DNA from: Bacteroidota bacterium
GTDB lineage: Bacteria; Bacteroidota; Bacteroidia; Palsa-965
Assembly (NCBI GenBank): GCA_020402865.1
Contig: JADBYT010000019.1
Location: forward strand, 68,622 to 132,621
Reading direction: 5' to 3'
DNA length: 64,000 bases
Numbering within the stretch: position 1 is the stretch's first letter; every line of letters begins with the position of its first letter. The notes below the pieces were generated by a model, which was not told the origin of the DNA, searched no databases, and was given only the letters and a program-made list of their open reading frames with translations. Shown piece by piece: positions 49,323 through 59,506 of this stretch. The translations under genes and the position numbers were made by a program.

Positions 49323-50270
49323 TTAGGCCAGTGCGGCAATAATCCGTTCGGCCAGTTCCACGCCAATGCGCTCCTGGGCTTCATCGGTTGATGCGCCGAT
49401 GTGCGGGGTGAGCGAAATTTTAGGATGTGCCAGTATGTCTTTGCGCGGTGTGGGTTCATTATTGAACACATCGAGCCCCGCAAAGCCGATATGTCCGCTG
49501 TTCAGCGCGGCCAGCAGGTCGTCTTCATTCACTACACCGCCACGGGCTGCATTCACAATACCTGCGCCTTTTTTCATCAGTGCCAGTTCGGCCGCGCCCA
49601 TCATTTGTCCGCCCGGAACGTGCAGCGTCACAAAATCGGCTGTCTTCAGCACTTCTTCCATGGCAATGGTAGTCACGCTTACTTTTACATCGCCTGCACC
49701 TTCAATATGCACAGTTACATCGGCCGCACTCAGGAAAGGATCGTGAGCCACTACTTTCATGCCCAGGCCAAGTGCAATGGAAGCCACCGCCTGCCCAATA
49801 CGGCCAAAGCCGATGATGCCAATGGTTTTGCCACGCAACTCGGTGCCTCCGGCGTAATTCTTTTTCAGTGTGGCAAAAGCCGTATCACCTTCGGCCGGCA
49901 TGCGGCGGTTGGCATCGTGCAAAAAGCGCACACCGGTAAACAAATGCGAAAACACCAGCTCCGCCACCGAGTGCGACGAAGCTGCGGGCGTATTGATTAC
50001 GGCAATGCCTTTCGACTTGGCGTAATCCACATCAATATTATCCATACCCACACCGCCACGACCGATTACCTTCAGCCCCGGGCAAGCATCAATAAGTGCA
50101 GCACGCACCTGTGTGGCACTGCGCACGGTTAAAGCCACGTAGCCTTCGGCATTGATCGCATCGGCCAGTGCAGCCTGATCTACTTTGGTGGTTATCACTT
50201 CAAAGCCGGCGGCTTCGAGAAGTTGTTTGCCTTTGGCATCAATGCCGTCGTTGGCGAGGATTTTTTTCAT
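49323..50270 (-). CDS. serA: D-3-phosphoglycerate dehydrogenase / D-isomer-specific 2-hydroxyacid dehydrogenase
   Basis: 315 aa with an NAD-binding GxGxxG (GIIGFGRIGQAV) and a catalytic-domain pattern. It lies adjacent to serC. Confidence 0.8.
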   Translation of the reverse strand: MKKILANDGIDAKGKQLLEAAGFEVITTKVDQAALADAINAEGYVALTVRSATQVRAALIDACPGLKVIGRGGVGMDNIDVDYAKSKGIAVINTPAASSHSVAELVFSHLFTGVRFLHDANRRMPAEGDTAFATLKKNYAGGTELRGKTIGIIGFGRIGQAVASIALGLGMKVVAHDPFLSAADVTVHIEGAGDVKVSVTTIAMEEVLKTADFVTLHVPGGQMMGAAELALMKKGAGIVNAARGGVVNEDDLLAALNSGHIGFAGLDVFNNEPTPRKDILAHPKISLTPHIGASTDEAQERIGVELAERIIAALA

Positions 50271-50344
50271 ACAGCGTTTTGAACATACAGCCAGCGAATT
50301 GGGCGCTGGCTGTAACTTATATGTGTTTCAACAGAATGGAATGC

Positions 50345-51436
50345 TTACGCAAACTTCGCTTCAAACTCTTTCATCACATCCACCAGCACCTGCACGCTTT
50401 CGAGGGGCAGCGCATTGTAGAGCGAGGCACGGTATCCGCCCACATCGCGGTGGCCGCGTATTCCGCTTATGCCGGCTGCTTTCCACATTTTGTCAAACTC
50501 GGGCTCAAGCTCGGGTTTGGTCATTACAAACGTGGCGTTCATAAACGAGCGGTCTTCCACGGCTGTGGTGCCGGTAAACAGGCTGTTGCGGTCAATTTCG
50601 GCATACATGGAGGCTGCTTTGGCGTTGTTTATGCCTTCAATCCATTTTACACCGCCGTTGGCCTTGAGCCAGCGTAAGGTAAGCATGGTTACATAAATGG
50701 GGAACACGGGCGGTGTGTTGTACATGGAGCCGCCTTTAATGTGTACCTGATAATCGAGCATCGACAGCATTTTGCGGCCGGTTTTGCCCAGCAGGTCTTC
50801 GCGCACGGCTACCATGGTAGAACCCGCAGGGCCCATGTTTTTCTGCGCACCGGCGTAAATCAACCCGAAATCATTCCCATTTACTTCGCGGCTGAAAATA
50901 TCGCTCGACATGTCGCACACCACCGGAACGGGCGATGTGGGGAACGCTTTCATCTGTGTGCCGTAAATGGTGTTGTTGGAGGTGATGTGCAGGTAATCGG
51001 CATCAGCCGGCACTTCGTAGCCTTTGGGAATAAAGGTGAATTTTTTGTCTTCCGACGAAGCAATGACGCGGGTATCACCAATCATTTTTGCTTCTTTGAT
51101 GGCTTTTGAAGCCCACACACCGGTATTTACGTAGGCTGCAAAACCGTCGGTGCGCAGCAGGTTGTAGGGCACCATGGCAAACTGCAAACTGGCTCCGCCG
51201 CCCAGGTAAAGCACCTGCCAGCCGCTGCCCAGTCCGAGCAATTCTTTCACCAGCTCGCGGCTCTCGTCCATAACCGCTTCAAAGTTTTTGCTGCGGTGCG
51301 AGATTTCGAGCAGAGAAAGATTGAGATTGTCAAAATTAATGCAGGCTTCGGCGGCCTGTTTCAACACATCGGCCGGAAGTATGCCGGGACCGGCGCTGAA
51401 ATTGTGTGCTTTTACAGCATTCAGAACTGTTTGCAT
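50345..51436 (-). CDS. serC: phosphoserine aminotransferase
   Basis: The ORF runs 50345..51478, and the likely ATG gives MQTVLNAVKAHNFSAGPGILP, the SerC N-terminal signature. It is ~363 aa and PLP-dependent. Confidence 0.9.
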   Translation of the reverse strand: MQTVLNAVKAHNFSAGPGILPADVLKQAAEACINFDNLNLSLLEISHRSKNFEAVMDESRELVKELLGLGSGWQVLYLGGGASLQFAMVPYNLLRTDGFAAYVNTGVWASKAIKEAKMIGDTRVIASSEDKKFTFIPKGYEVPADADYLHITSNNTIYGTQMKAFPTSPVPVVCDMSSDIFSREVNGNDFGLIYAGAQKNMGPAGSTMVAVREDLLGKTGRKMLSMLDYQVHIKGGSMYNTPPVFPIYVTMLTLRWLKANGGVKWIEGINNAKAASMYAEIDRNSLFTGTTAVEDRSFMNATFVMTKPELEPEFDKMWKAAGISGIRGHRDVGGYRASLYNALPLESVQVLVDVMKEFEAKFA

Positions 51437-51935
51437 GGTGTTGGTTGAATAGTGCCCGAATTTACGAAATACAAACACGCCGGAAAGATCAGCGCCCGAA
51501 ATTTATTATGCGCTGCGTTTCGGTCTGAAGCGGCGACAGGCCTGCCGGGCAGTGCTGCACACCAGCCCAAGCGGGCAGTCAGTGGCTTTGCTCAGCATCT
51601 TCGGGTGGTTTAGCAGGCTGCGCAATAGAATCCGGCTCGCCATACCGGCTTGCCCGCAGCTGGTGTAAAGTGTAATTGTGGACAGCAGCACACCGCCAAG
51701 CAGCGCATGGAGGAGGGGAGAAGGAGTTTTCATTGTAGCGTTGGTTTTACGCTTTAACTCGCTTCAGCGGGGGGATGAGGTTGGGAGTATTTAACAGTTT
51801 TGGGGCAGATGGTTTGCTTTCTATGCCCCGGTAAACGTATTGCAAAAAGAAATTGAATTTATCACGACATGACGCGATAAATTCAATTTCTTTTAAAAAT
51901 ATACTTGACTTACTTTTTTTCAAACACCCCGTCTC

Positions 51936-53618
51936 TTACTTTACTTTAGCACCCTCCATTTTCTGTCCGCCCTGAGAAAATGTAAGACTGATAATTGTTC
52001 CATCCGTATGTAAGTTAAACACCACCTGCGCTCCCATTTCCTTAATTATAAAACGCTGCTCGGCTAAGGCAAAAAGCTCAACAGGCGGCTGCTCCGGGAA
52101 CTTTGCAAAAAGGTGTTCGTTCTCAATTTCCACTTCAATTTGTAAACCGGGTTGCAGTTCATATACCCCTGTATAGCTGACAAGTGTTTGCAACGGTAAT
52201 TGTATGGTTTCCATTTCAGCCATTGGTTTTTTATCCGTTTCAATGCCCCTGCTTTTTTCAATCCTGTCGGTATAAAGCACCTGCTTTTTACCATTTTTTG
52301 AGGAGAAGGTGTATGTGGCTAAACGGTTTTCAAATCTGAATTCTGTTGCCGACAATGGTTCGAGTTTTATCGGGCGTCCACCCTCGCGCATACTGTAAAG
52401 CGATCCGTTTTCATACGAGATGAAGCGTACCACATCCTCAAACTGATAGGCTCCTACCCATTTCTTCAACTCTTTTTCCGAAATTGTAACCGGAGCTTTT
52501 TCAATAAGTGATTTGCCTAAAAGAGCAGAAACGGCTTTTATATTGTATGCTTCCGGCCCTTTCCCGTCATCGCGGTTGGTTAATACAATGGAATAAATAT
52601 TACGTTCAGGAACATAAATGCCGGATGTGGTAAAACCATTCATTCCGCCGGTATGTTCAAGTGTAGCTGTTCCGGCTATTTCATTTATTGCCCAGCCATA
52701 TCCGTAATTTGACAACTTACCGCTTGTTAAAGTGTGGTTTGTAAATGCCAGTTTCTGACTTTGTGCTGAAATAAGTGTGTGATGATGAATGGCGCTGTGC
52801 CATAAAAACATATCGTCAATGGTTGACATTAATGAACCGGCTGCATAAGGAATAGTCGGACTCATGTACTCCGGATTTTCGTAATTGCCTTCATAGAGCT
52901 GATAGCCATTGGCCATGCGGGGAATTACTTTGTAATTATCGGCATAATACGAGTTTTTCATTCCGAGTTTATCAAAGATGTTTTTCTGCACAAAGTCACC
53001 GTAGCTCATGCCAGAAAGTTTTTCAATTATATAACCCAAAAGCACGTAGCCCGAATTGCTGTAGGCATACCTTTCGCCGGGAGTAAACTCAAGGGGAAGA
53101 TTTTTAAACGAACTGATGATTTCCTCAGGACGCATGTCGAGCCGTGTTTTTGCTCTGAATTCGGGCAAATTGGTATAGCTTGTTATGCCGGAAGTATGAT
53201 TCAGCAAATGATGCAGCGTAATCTCGTTTCCTCGTGGGTAATCAGCAATGTATTTCGACAGCTGATCGTTCAGGCTTAATTTGCCTTGTTCCATCAACAT
53301 CAATATGCTAACGCTGGTAAATTGTTTGGTTATAGAAGCCAGCTGCAGCACATTTTCGGGCTTCATAGGCACATTCAATGCCAGGTTTGCCATACCAAAA
53401 GCTTTTCGGTAAATAATCTTGTCGCCCTGAGCAATCAGCACAGTGGCACCCGGCGAATTGGCCGGGTATGCCTGATTGAAAATGGCATCAATTTCAGCTT
53501 CTGTTTGTTGTGTGGAAACTACAACTGATCCGGGATCTGCTTTCGATGATACTGGCTTTGATTGCCCGAAAAACAGGTGGGTAGATAACAGTGCTAAACA
53601 GGTGAATGTGAATTTCAT
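51936..53618 (-). CDS. serine hydrolase (class C beta-lactamase/penicillin-binding-protein family)
   Basis: 560 aa with a signal peptide. The S-x-x-K active-site motif is present (LASITKQFTSV) in the expected N-terminal position, followed by a C-terminal extension domain. Confidence 0.8.
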   Translation of the reverse strand: MKFTFTCLALLSTHLFFGQSKPVSSKADPGSVVVSTQQTEAEIDAIFNQAYPANSPGATVLIAQGDKIIYRKAFGMANLALNVPMKPENVLQLASITKQFTSVSILMLMEQGKLSLNDQLSKYIADYPRGNEITLHHLLNHTSGITSYTNLPEFRAKTRLDMRPEEIISSFKNLPLEFTPGERYAYSNSGYVLLGYIIEKLSGMSYGDFVQKNIFDKLGMKNSYYADNYKVIPRMANGYQLYEGNYENPEYMSPTIPYAAGSLMSTIDDMFLWHSAIHHHTLISAQSQKLAFTNHTLTSGKLSNYGYGWAINEIAGTATLEHTGGMNGFTTSGIYVPERNIYSIVLTNRDDGKGPEAYNIKAVSALLGKSLIEKAPVTISEKELKKWVGAYQFEDVVRFISYENGSLYSMREGGRPIKLEPLSATEFRFENRLATYTFSSKNGKKQVLYTDRIEKSRGIETDKKPMAEMETIQLPLQTLVSYTGVYELQPGLQIEVEIENEHLFAKFPEQPPVELFALAEQRFIIKEMGAQVVFNLHTDGTIISLTFSQGGQKMEGAKVK

Positions 53619-53733
53619 TTTGTGTGAGTATTATAATTGACTTTGTTCGAAATTGGTTTTGTTTATGGCAATAAATAGCCAGCTCACTGAGTGAGTAATT
53701 TTATTTTGTAAAAAGAATTGAACTAGGAGCGCC

Positions 53734-54171
53734 TTATTTTCTTATGTAGAAGAAATACGCTAAATAACTTAGGCCAAGACTAAAAGCCATTATCGCCAAA
53801 GAATGAATATTGATCGGTGCAGTCAGATAAGTAATGGTCAAACCTATACCGAGGCCACAAAAAAGAATAGCCAGTTTAATTGCATTATTCTTCTTCTCCT
53901 GAATATTTTTAGTTAATGAGTAAGCCGCTAATTGCTCAGTCATTCCCCGTTCAATAAGTTTGTTTTTTAAACGGTATTCTAAAAAATAGTTAACCAGTGT
54001 GACAAGCATAAGAACCAGAAATGACATAAACAGAATGGGGAATATCATTTCAACAACAGGTTGTGTGACAAAGGTATTTCCTGCCGGTTCATTAATCGGA
54101 TTGTTTTGCGCGGATACCAGAACAGGCATCTGCAGCATGAGTAAGCACACCAATATTTTTTTCATCTCCAT
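53734..54171 (-). CDS. hypothetical membrane protein
   Basis: 145 aa with 3-4 TM segments, immediately downstream of the anti-sigma gene. Confidence 0.45.
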   Translation of the reverse strand: MEMKKILVCLLMLQMPVLVSAQNNPINEPAGNTFVTQPVVEMIFPILFMSFLVLMLVTLVNYFLEYRLKNKLIERGMTEQLAAYSLTKNIQEKKNNAIKLAILFCGLGIGLTITYLTAPINIHSLAIMAFSLGLSYLAYFFYIRK

Positions 54172-54205
54172 ATTAATTTTGAATTATACTCAATCAGACA
54201 ACCTT

Positions 54206-54673
54206 TTATGACATCGGTTGCAAATTTGTATTAAATAAATTTCCCTCTTTTGTTTTATACTGCCGAATAATATCGGTCAGGATAATCAGTAAAACTATCA
54301 GGGCAGTTCCTGTTACCAGAAGTGTTGTAACTATTGAACCGGCGCATATATAATCCAGCACTTGAGCGATATAAGGAATTGAAAAAGAGGAAACGATAAT
54401 CAGCATAACTGCAAAAAATCCCCAAAAAAATAATTCCTGTTTTCCCCTTTTCTTCTTCTCAAAAAGCATAACTGCATGCATTGCCAGATCAGAAACATCG
54501 AATGAAAACGTTTCTGTTTCTACTTCCTGCAGCTGATTAATCAGTGCGTGATATTCATCACGCTTTTTCCTGCAAATGAAGCACCCGGCAAGATGTGCGT
54601 CATAAGTATTATCCTGAATCTCATTCAAAATAATAGCTTGAATCGTTTCGTCAGTTAAATGGTTGTTATTCAT
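54206..54673 (-). CDS. putative anti-sigma factor (zinc-finger, membrane-anchored)
   Basis: 155 aa with an HLAGCFICRKK (H-x3-C-x2-C) motif and a C-terminal TM region. It overlaps the ECF sigma gene stop by 4 nt. Confidence 0.5.
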   Translation of the reverse strand: MNNNHLTDETIQAIILNEIQDNTYDAHLAGCFICRKKRDEYHALINQLQEVETETFSFDVSDLAMHAVMLFEKKKRGKQELFFWGFFAVMLIIVSSFSIPYIAQVLDYICAGSIVTTLLVTGTALIVLLIILTDIIRQYKTKEGNLFNTNLQPMS

Positions 54674-55242
54674 AACTGCGCGTTTTTATAGTGGTGATTG
54701 ATATTGTCTTTCAGAATTTTTCTTGCCCTGTACAAATAGCTTTTTACTGTTCCTTCCGGTAGATTGGTAATCTCCGCAATTTCCTTGTTGGGTAATTCTT
54801 CTATGTGGTAAAGCGTGATTAACGTTTTATACAAAGGAGGGAGACGGCCGATTGCTGCATGCAGAATTTCTATTGACTCTGCATGAATTGTTTCAACTTC
54901 CGGGTTTGGGATTTCGATAAATCGGTTCTCCAGTTTATCTTCAATACCAACAACTTGTATTTTCTTTTTTTGCAAGTAATTTACAGTGGTATTGTAAGCA
55001 ATATTCGCAATCCAGGTTGATAATTTTGATTTGAATTGAAAAGAAGCCAGATTTTGATAAACCTTTAAATAAATATCCTGCACAAGATCTTTCTGGTCAT
55101 CTTCATTTACAGTCATTTTACGTACAATCTGAGCAACCAGTTTTTCCGTGTTTTTTATTACAACAGCAAAGCCCTGAACATTACCATTCAGGATGTTGGT
55201 CACAATAGCCTTGTCAGAAATGTAGCTACTATCGTTGCTCAT
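54670..55242 (-). CDS. RNA polymerase ECF-type sigma-70 factor
   Basis: 190 aa with a region 2 (DLVQDIYLKVYQNL) and a region 4 HTH (LYHIEELPNKEIAEITNLPEGTVKSYLYRARKILK). Confidence 0.85.
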   Translation of the reverse strand: MSNDSSYISDKAIVTNILNGNVQGFAVVIKNTEKLVAQIVRKMTVNEDDQKDLVQDIYLKVYQNLASFQFKSKLSTWIANIAYNTTVNYLQKKKIQVVGIEDKLENRFIEIPNPEVETIHAESIEILHAAIGRLPPLYKTLITLYHIEELPNKEIAEITNLPEGTVKSYLYRARKILKDNINHHYKNAQL

Positions 55243-55623
55243 GTTTTAATAATAGACAGGCAACTTTCAATCCGGTTGCAAAAAAAATGATTTATTTTTT
55301 GATGGGTAAATTGAAGGTGATTTTCTAAATATATACAATTGGCTGAATCATCTAATTTTACCCTGATCTTTGGTAACTTGCTTTTAAAGAGCCTATCCTT
55401 TGGATAGAATTAGAAAGTAGCGGCCACCGATTGTTGTGTCCGTTCAATTTCGTTTTCTTTTTAAGTCTCCGTTGCAGACTCCGTGTTTATGATAGGTATA
55501 AATTTAAAGACGAATTCCCGACAGTCTTTAACAGGCTGTCAGGAATTCGTCTGTTGAAATGATCGTTCTGATATTCAAAAATTAGCAGAACCGATGTTTG
55601 TCAAATTTTGGGTTATCAATCGT

Positions 55624-56043
55624 TTATGTGTTAACCCGCGGCCATTTCCAGGCATAATTGATAATCATACAAAGAAGAATAACTTGTATTACAGCGCCAA
55701 TCACCATGTGTATCCAGGCTTCTCCGACCAGATTAAACAAGATAAAGGGGATATTTACCGCGGCAATACAGATATTTGTCCAACGATTTACTTTTGCAGG
55801 GAGTACACCGGAAAGAGCAATCATCAGTGCCGGAGCGCCAATTAAGCCAAGTGCGATTAAAAGAAAGCCTTGCGAAATATCAAATACAAACACCTTGCCT
55901 TTCAGAATATCGTCGATTGTTCCCGGCATGTATAAATGGAAATAATCCAGATAAATGATGAAGAACATTACGCTTGTCCATAACAATGCAAGCTTCGTTT
56001 TGATGTTAATTTTCATGTCTTCCAGCTCAACTTTAGCATTCAT
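55624..56043 (-). CDS. hypothetical membrane protein
   Basis: 139-aa ORF with four predicted TM helices. Confidence 0.45.
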   Translation of the reverse strand: MNAKVELEDMKINIKTKLALLWTSVMFFIIYLDYFHLYMPGTIDDILKGKVFVFDISQGFLLIALGLIGAPALMIALSGVLPAKVNRWTNICIAAVNIPFILFNLVGEAWIHMVIGAVIQVILLCMIINYAWKWPRVNT

Positions 56044-56060
56044 GTGTGGTGAGTTTGTCG

Positions 56061-56690
56061 TTAGAAATTGAATCCAATATTGAGCCCGGGTTCAGGAAAA
56101 ATAATTTTGGGCCATTTGTCATCGAGTTGTTTAAATCCGTCGGGTAAGGGTGTGTGATAGGCACGATGAGTCATGCAAACCGATGGCTGGAAGAAAAACC
56201 GGTCTTTAAATAGTTTGATGTGATAGCCCACGCGGTATGAATTGAAAATCTGAAAACCATCTTTAATTTTCTTCCCGTTGTCATTCACAAAAATCTGCCA
56301 GGTAGGCATTACGTCAAGCTGCGCATATAAGCCTTTCCAAAAAAAACGGGTATAAGAGAATGTGGCGCCAATCTCACGTATATAGCCCGGAAATTTTTCT
56401 TCGGGTTTTTTGTACGCATCATTTAGAAACGGATGAATACCATTCGGCCATGCATATTTCCATGTTTTGGGCGCTATTCCAATTACATCTTTTCCAGTAA
56501 GCCGGTAACCAATATTGAGCTGAACGAAATTGGGCGGATTTTCCTTGTCTAAATTGCCGAACAACATAAATAATGAAGTCCCCACAAACCAACGTCTGTA
56601 TGTGCTGTCTGTTTCAGAATACTGCGCTTTAAGATGGAGCGAGCTTGTTATCATTACGATAAAAGCAATAAATAAAACTTTCTTTTGCAT
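56061..56690 (-). CDS. hypothetical secreted/outer-membrane protein (tandem paralogue 1)
   Basis: 209 aa with a signal peptide. The start MQKKVLFIAF...LKAQYSETDSTYRRWFVGTS is nearly identical to the neighbouring gene, and the protein ends in an aromatic residue (NIGFNF), as beta-barrels do. Confidence 0.6.
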   Translation of the reverse strand: MQKKVLFIAFIVMITSSLHLKAQYSETDSTYRRWFVGTSLFMLFGNLDKENPPNFVQLNIGYRLTGKDVIGIAPKTWKYAWPNGIHPFLNDAYKKPEEKFPGYIREIGATFSYTRFFWKGLYAQLDVMPTWQIFVNDNGKKIKDGFQIFNSYRVGYHIKLFKDRFFFQPSVCMTHRAYHTPLPDGFKQLDDKWPKIIFPEPGLNIGFNF

Positions 56691-56806
56691 AGTTTTTACT
56701 AATTAGAATTGATAATGCAAAAGTAGATTGGCGCCCGTGCTTAACTCCTACACTTAAGTTAAGAAATCGGCCTTGCCGGTATTGGTGTTTGTATATTTAT
56801 CAGCCT

Positions 56807-57430
56807 CTAAAAGTTAAATCCAAAGTCCAAACCGGGCTGAATAAAGTAATTGGGCCACTTGTTTTCCACAGCTTTAAAAGATTCAGGCACATTGGTTCGC
56901 AGCGGCCAATAGCTGCAACCGATAGCGGGCTCAAAAAAGAACCGGTTTTTAAAAAACTTAAATTGATATCCGAGATAAAAGTCCAGATATAAGGTGTATC
57001 CGTTTCCAATCTTTTTATCCGTTGCGTCCACATATTTTTCAAACGCATTTAGTGCATACAACGATGTATAAACACCTTTCCACCAAAATCGCTGATAGCC
57101 TAATTGTGGTGCAATTATGCGCGCATGACCAGGATAGTTCAGGCCGGGGGCATCAAATGAAGGGCCGAAAGGAATCCCAATCGGCCAGCTGTATTTTGAT
57201 CGTTTGAACCTAAAAGACACCACATCGTGAGGAGTTATCCGGTACCCCACATTCAACTGGATATACTCCGGTTTGTTGGGGTCATCCGGGATAAAATTTC
57301 CTAACATCAGCAGCGAACTTCCCACAAACCAGCGCCGGTACGTGCTGTCTGCCTCAGCATGTTGTGCCTTGAGATTAAGGCTGCATGCAATGAGTAAGAG
57401 GCTGGCAAGGAAAAAGACTTTCTTTTGCAT
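56807..57430 (-). CDS. hypothetical secreted/outer-membrane protein (tandem paralogue 2)
   Basis: 207 aa starting MQKKVFFLAS...LKAQHAEADSTYRRWFVGSS and ending LDFGFNF. It is a paralogue of 56061..56690. Confidence 0.6.
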   Translation of the reverse strand: MQKKVFFLASLLLIACSLNLKAQHAEADSTYRRWFVGSSLLMLGNFIPDDPNKPEYIQLNVGYRITPHDVVSFRFKRSKYSWPIGIPFGPSFDAPGLNYPGHARIIAPQLGYQRFWWKGVYTSLYALNAFEKYVDATDKKIGNGYTLYLDFYLGYQFKFFKNRFFFEPAIGCSYWPLRTNVPESFKAVENKWPNYFIQPGLDFGFNF

Positions 57431-57512
57431 TTTCGTTTTCTTTTAGTGAAACGATGCAGCAAAAGTAGATTGACAAAAGTGCATAGCTACAGCACTTAAG
57501 TTAAGAACGCGC

Positions 57513-58091
57513 TCAGCTTTTCTTATCCAGAATTCTTGCACGCAGCCTGCTTAACGATTGTGGCTGAATGCCTAAATAGCTGGCTAACTGGTGCTGGGGC
57601 ACACGCTGAAGAAGATCCGGCCTCTTTTCTAACAGATTCAGATAACGTTGTTCTGGCGAAGAGGTTTTAAATTCATCAAAGTCTATTTGTTGTTTAGCTA
57701 AAAGTTCTTCAGACAGTTTTCTGCACATAATTTCAAACTTTGGAAATTTACTATTCATTTCCACTTCCATAGCTGAATTTGAAATTGTAAGGATGGTGTC
57801 TTCTACGCAACTTATATAATATTCAGACGGTGTTTGGCTTATCACACAATGAGGAGTAATCGCATCCATTTCTGTGTAAAATGCAGTTGTCTTTTCTTCA
57901 CTGTCAATAATATAGTATTTTCGAATACAGCCTTTTAACACAAAATAGCTTTCGTTCGATTTTTGTCCCTCCTTCAGAATAATTGTACCCTTCTTTACCG
58001 AATGAAATAAATTCAATGAAATGAGTGTGTTTCTCTCCTCTTCATCCAAAGAAATATATTTGGAGATAAAATCAAATAGCAGGTCTTGCAT
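57513..58091 (-). CDS. Crp/Fnr family transcriptional regulator
   Basis: 192 aa with an N-terminal cNMP-binding-like beta-roll and a C-terminal HTH (QHQLASYLGIQPQSLSRLRARI). Confidence 0.8.
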   Translation of the reverse strand: MQDLLFDFISKYISLDEEERNTLISLNLFHSVKKGTIILKEGQKSNESYFVLKGCIRKYYIIDSEEKTTAFYTEMDAITPHCVISQTPSEYYISCVEDTILTISNSAMEVEMNSKFPKFEIMCRKLSEELLAKQQIDFDEFKTSSPEQRYLNLLEKRPDLLQRVPQHQLASYLGIQPQSLSRLRARILDKKS

Positions 58092-58416
58092 TTTTTTGAA
58101 GCGATTAATTTCTTATTTACAGTTATTGGCAAAGTTATGAACCTTTGGGAGCAGGAGCTACGTCTTGGTAAAATACCGCAAAATTTACTTTGCAGGATAT
58201 ATATTCTGCTAACCACTTATACGGTAATTCGTTTGCCTAAAGTTAGGAGTCGTTTTAGTGGATATTAAATTGTTTTTAGATATTGAAAAACAGACCAGAT
58301 TCAGCAGGATAATTCATAGTCGCAGTCATTCTTCACATTGTGAATGAGCAGCATAATATTTACAATAGATCAGTTTAAATAAATCATTTTCATTTTACAG
58401 TACACGTTCAACACGT

Positions 58417-59352
58417 TTATTTGGGCCTTCCGCCCAAATTAGGCTTATCGCCTTCGTTTCGCTGCTTGTTCATATCCGGTGATCCGGGCGCGTTGTACTT
58501 ATCATCCTGCCTGCGCTTTTTGTTCTTTGCCTCAATATTTTCAATCAACCGCCATTTCCCTTTTTTGAACTTAAATCCGTCGTAAGTAAACGTCTGTGTA
58601 TAAAACTGGTACATGCCGTCGGCATTGGGAATTTCAGGAGCGAGGCGGTCGAATACAATCTGCTTGTCGCTTTCTTCATAACGGAGTGTCATAACCAGCT
58701 CCGCTTTGTACTGAAAAATAATACGGCGCTTTGAAATTTTGCCCATATCGAAGAGCGAGTTTTCGCCGAAAACGGGTGCTCCGTCGCTGCGGAAGGTGAG
58801 TACTTCAATTACTTTCTTCCAGATCATGTTGTTGTTGCCGTCCCAGCCAAGCAGCGTGTAGTATTTATCTTTTTTGCTTTGTGTAAGTACAATGCGGTAA
58901 TAGAGTGCGCCATACCATTTATCGGCACTCAGTGTGGATGTTTCCGGGCTGCGAATTTCGTCGGATTTATCGGTGAGTTCGTGAATAAGGGGTTGGGCAT
59001 CTTTACCGTTATTCATCAGAATAAAACAAAAATATTGATGTGTGCCATCGTTGAGCGGCAGGTTCCAGTTAAAGATGCGGAACTTTTCGTCGGGCGCGGT
59101 GAGCCGGGCCATGAATTTGAGCGAATCAAACGGATAGCTGAATGCGCCCTGCTCGCTGAGGGCTTCGCGCAAAAAAGCGGTAAATTTTTTATTGGCCTCC
59201 AGTTTCGCTTCATCCTTTCCTTTAAATACTTTTGGTCCGATACGTTTTAACGAATCTTCAAGTACTTTGAGGCGGGGCGAAGCGGGCGTATCATCAGCCA
59301 CTGCATGCAGGCTGAGGCTGAGGAAAAAAAGGCAGGCCAGAAAACGGGTCAT
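58417..59352 (-). CDS. hypothetical secreted protein
   Basis: The ORF runs 58417..59586, and the likely ATG is 59352 (MTRFLACLFFLSLSLHAVADD signal peptide). It is ~312 aa with a basic C-terminal tail. Confidence 0.55.
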   Translation of the reverse strand: MTRFLACLFFLSLSLHAVADDTPASPRLKVLEDSLKRIGPKVFKGKDEAKLEANKKFTAFLREALSEQGAFSYPFDSLKFMARLTAPDEKFRIFNWNLPLNDGTHQYFCFILMNNGKDAQPLIHELTDKSDEIRSPETSTLSADKWYGALYYRIVLTQSKKDKYYTLLGWDGNNNMIWKKVIEVLTFRSDGAPVFGENSLFDMGKISKRRIIFQYKAELVMTLRYEESDKQIVFDRLAPEIPNADGMYQFYTQTFTYDGFKFKKGKWRLIENIEAKNKKRRQDDKYNAPGSPDMNKQRNEGDKPNLGGRPK

Positions 59353-59506
59353 AAATGGTAAACGGATATTGTGTAAAGTTATTGAGTTAAGGGAAACTGC
59401 ACATACTGTATGGTGATATGCAAAAAAAATGCCGTCAGGACGATGAAGGGTCCGAACGGCATTATTTATATGGAAATTATGCAGGACAACTAATGTCCGT
59501 ATGGCA

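Noticed and set aside
49301-49483. N-terminal 61-aa extension of the DUF1015 ORF, with similar extensions at serC 51437..51478, ferredoxin 59855..60001, LuxC-like 59718..59927 and 58417-gene 59353..59586
   Set aside because: The extensions start at non-ATG codons or encode Arg/Ser/Pro-rich junk. The family-typical N-termini begin at internal ATGs, and the extensions would overlap neighbouring features.
51506-51733. 75-aa ORF between serC and the serine hydrolase gene
   Set aside because: Short, Cys/Arg-rich and with no conserved motif, in a GC-rich intergenic stretch. Insufficient support to call a gene.
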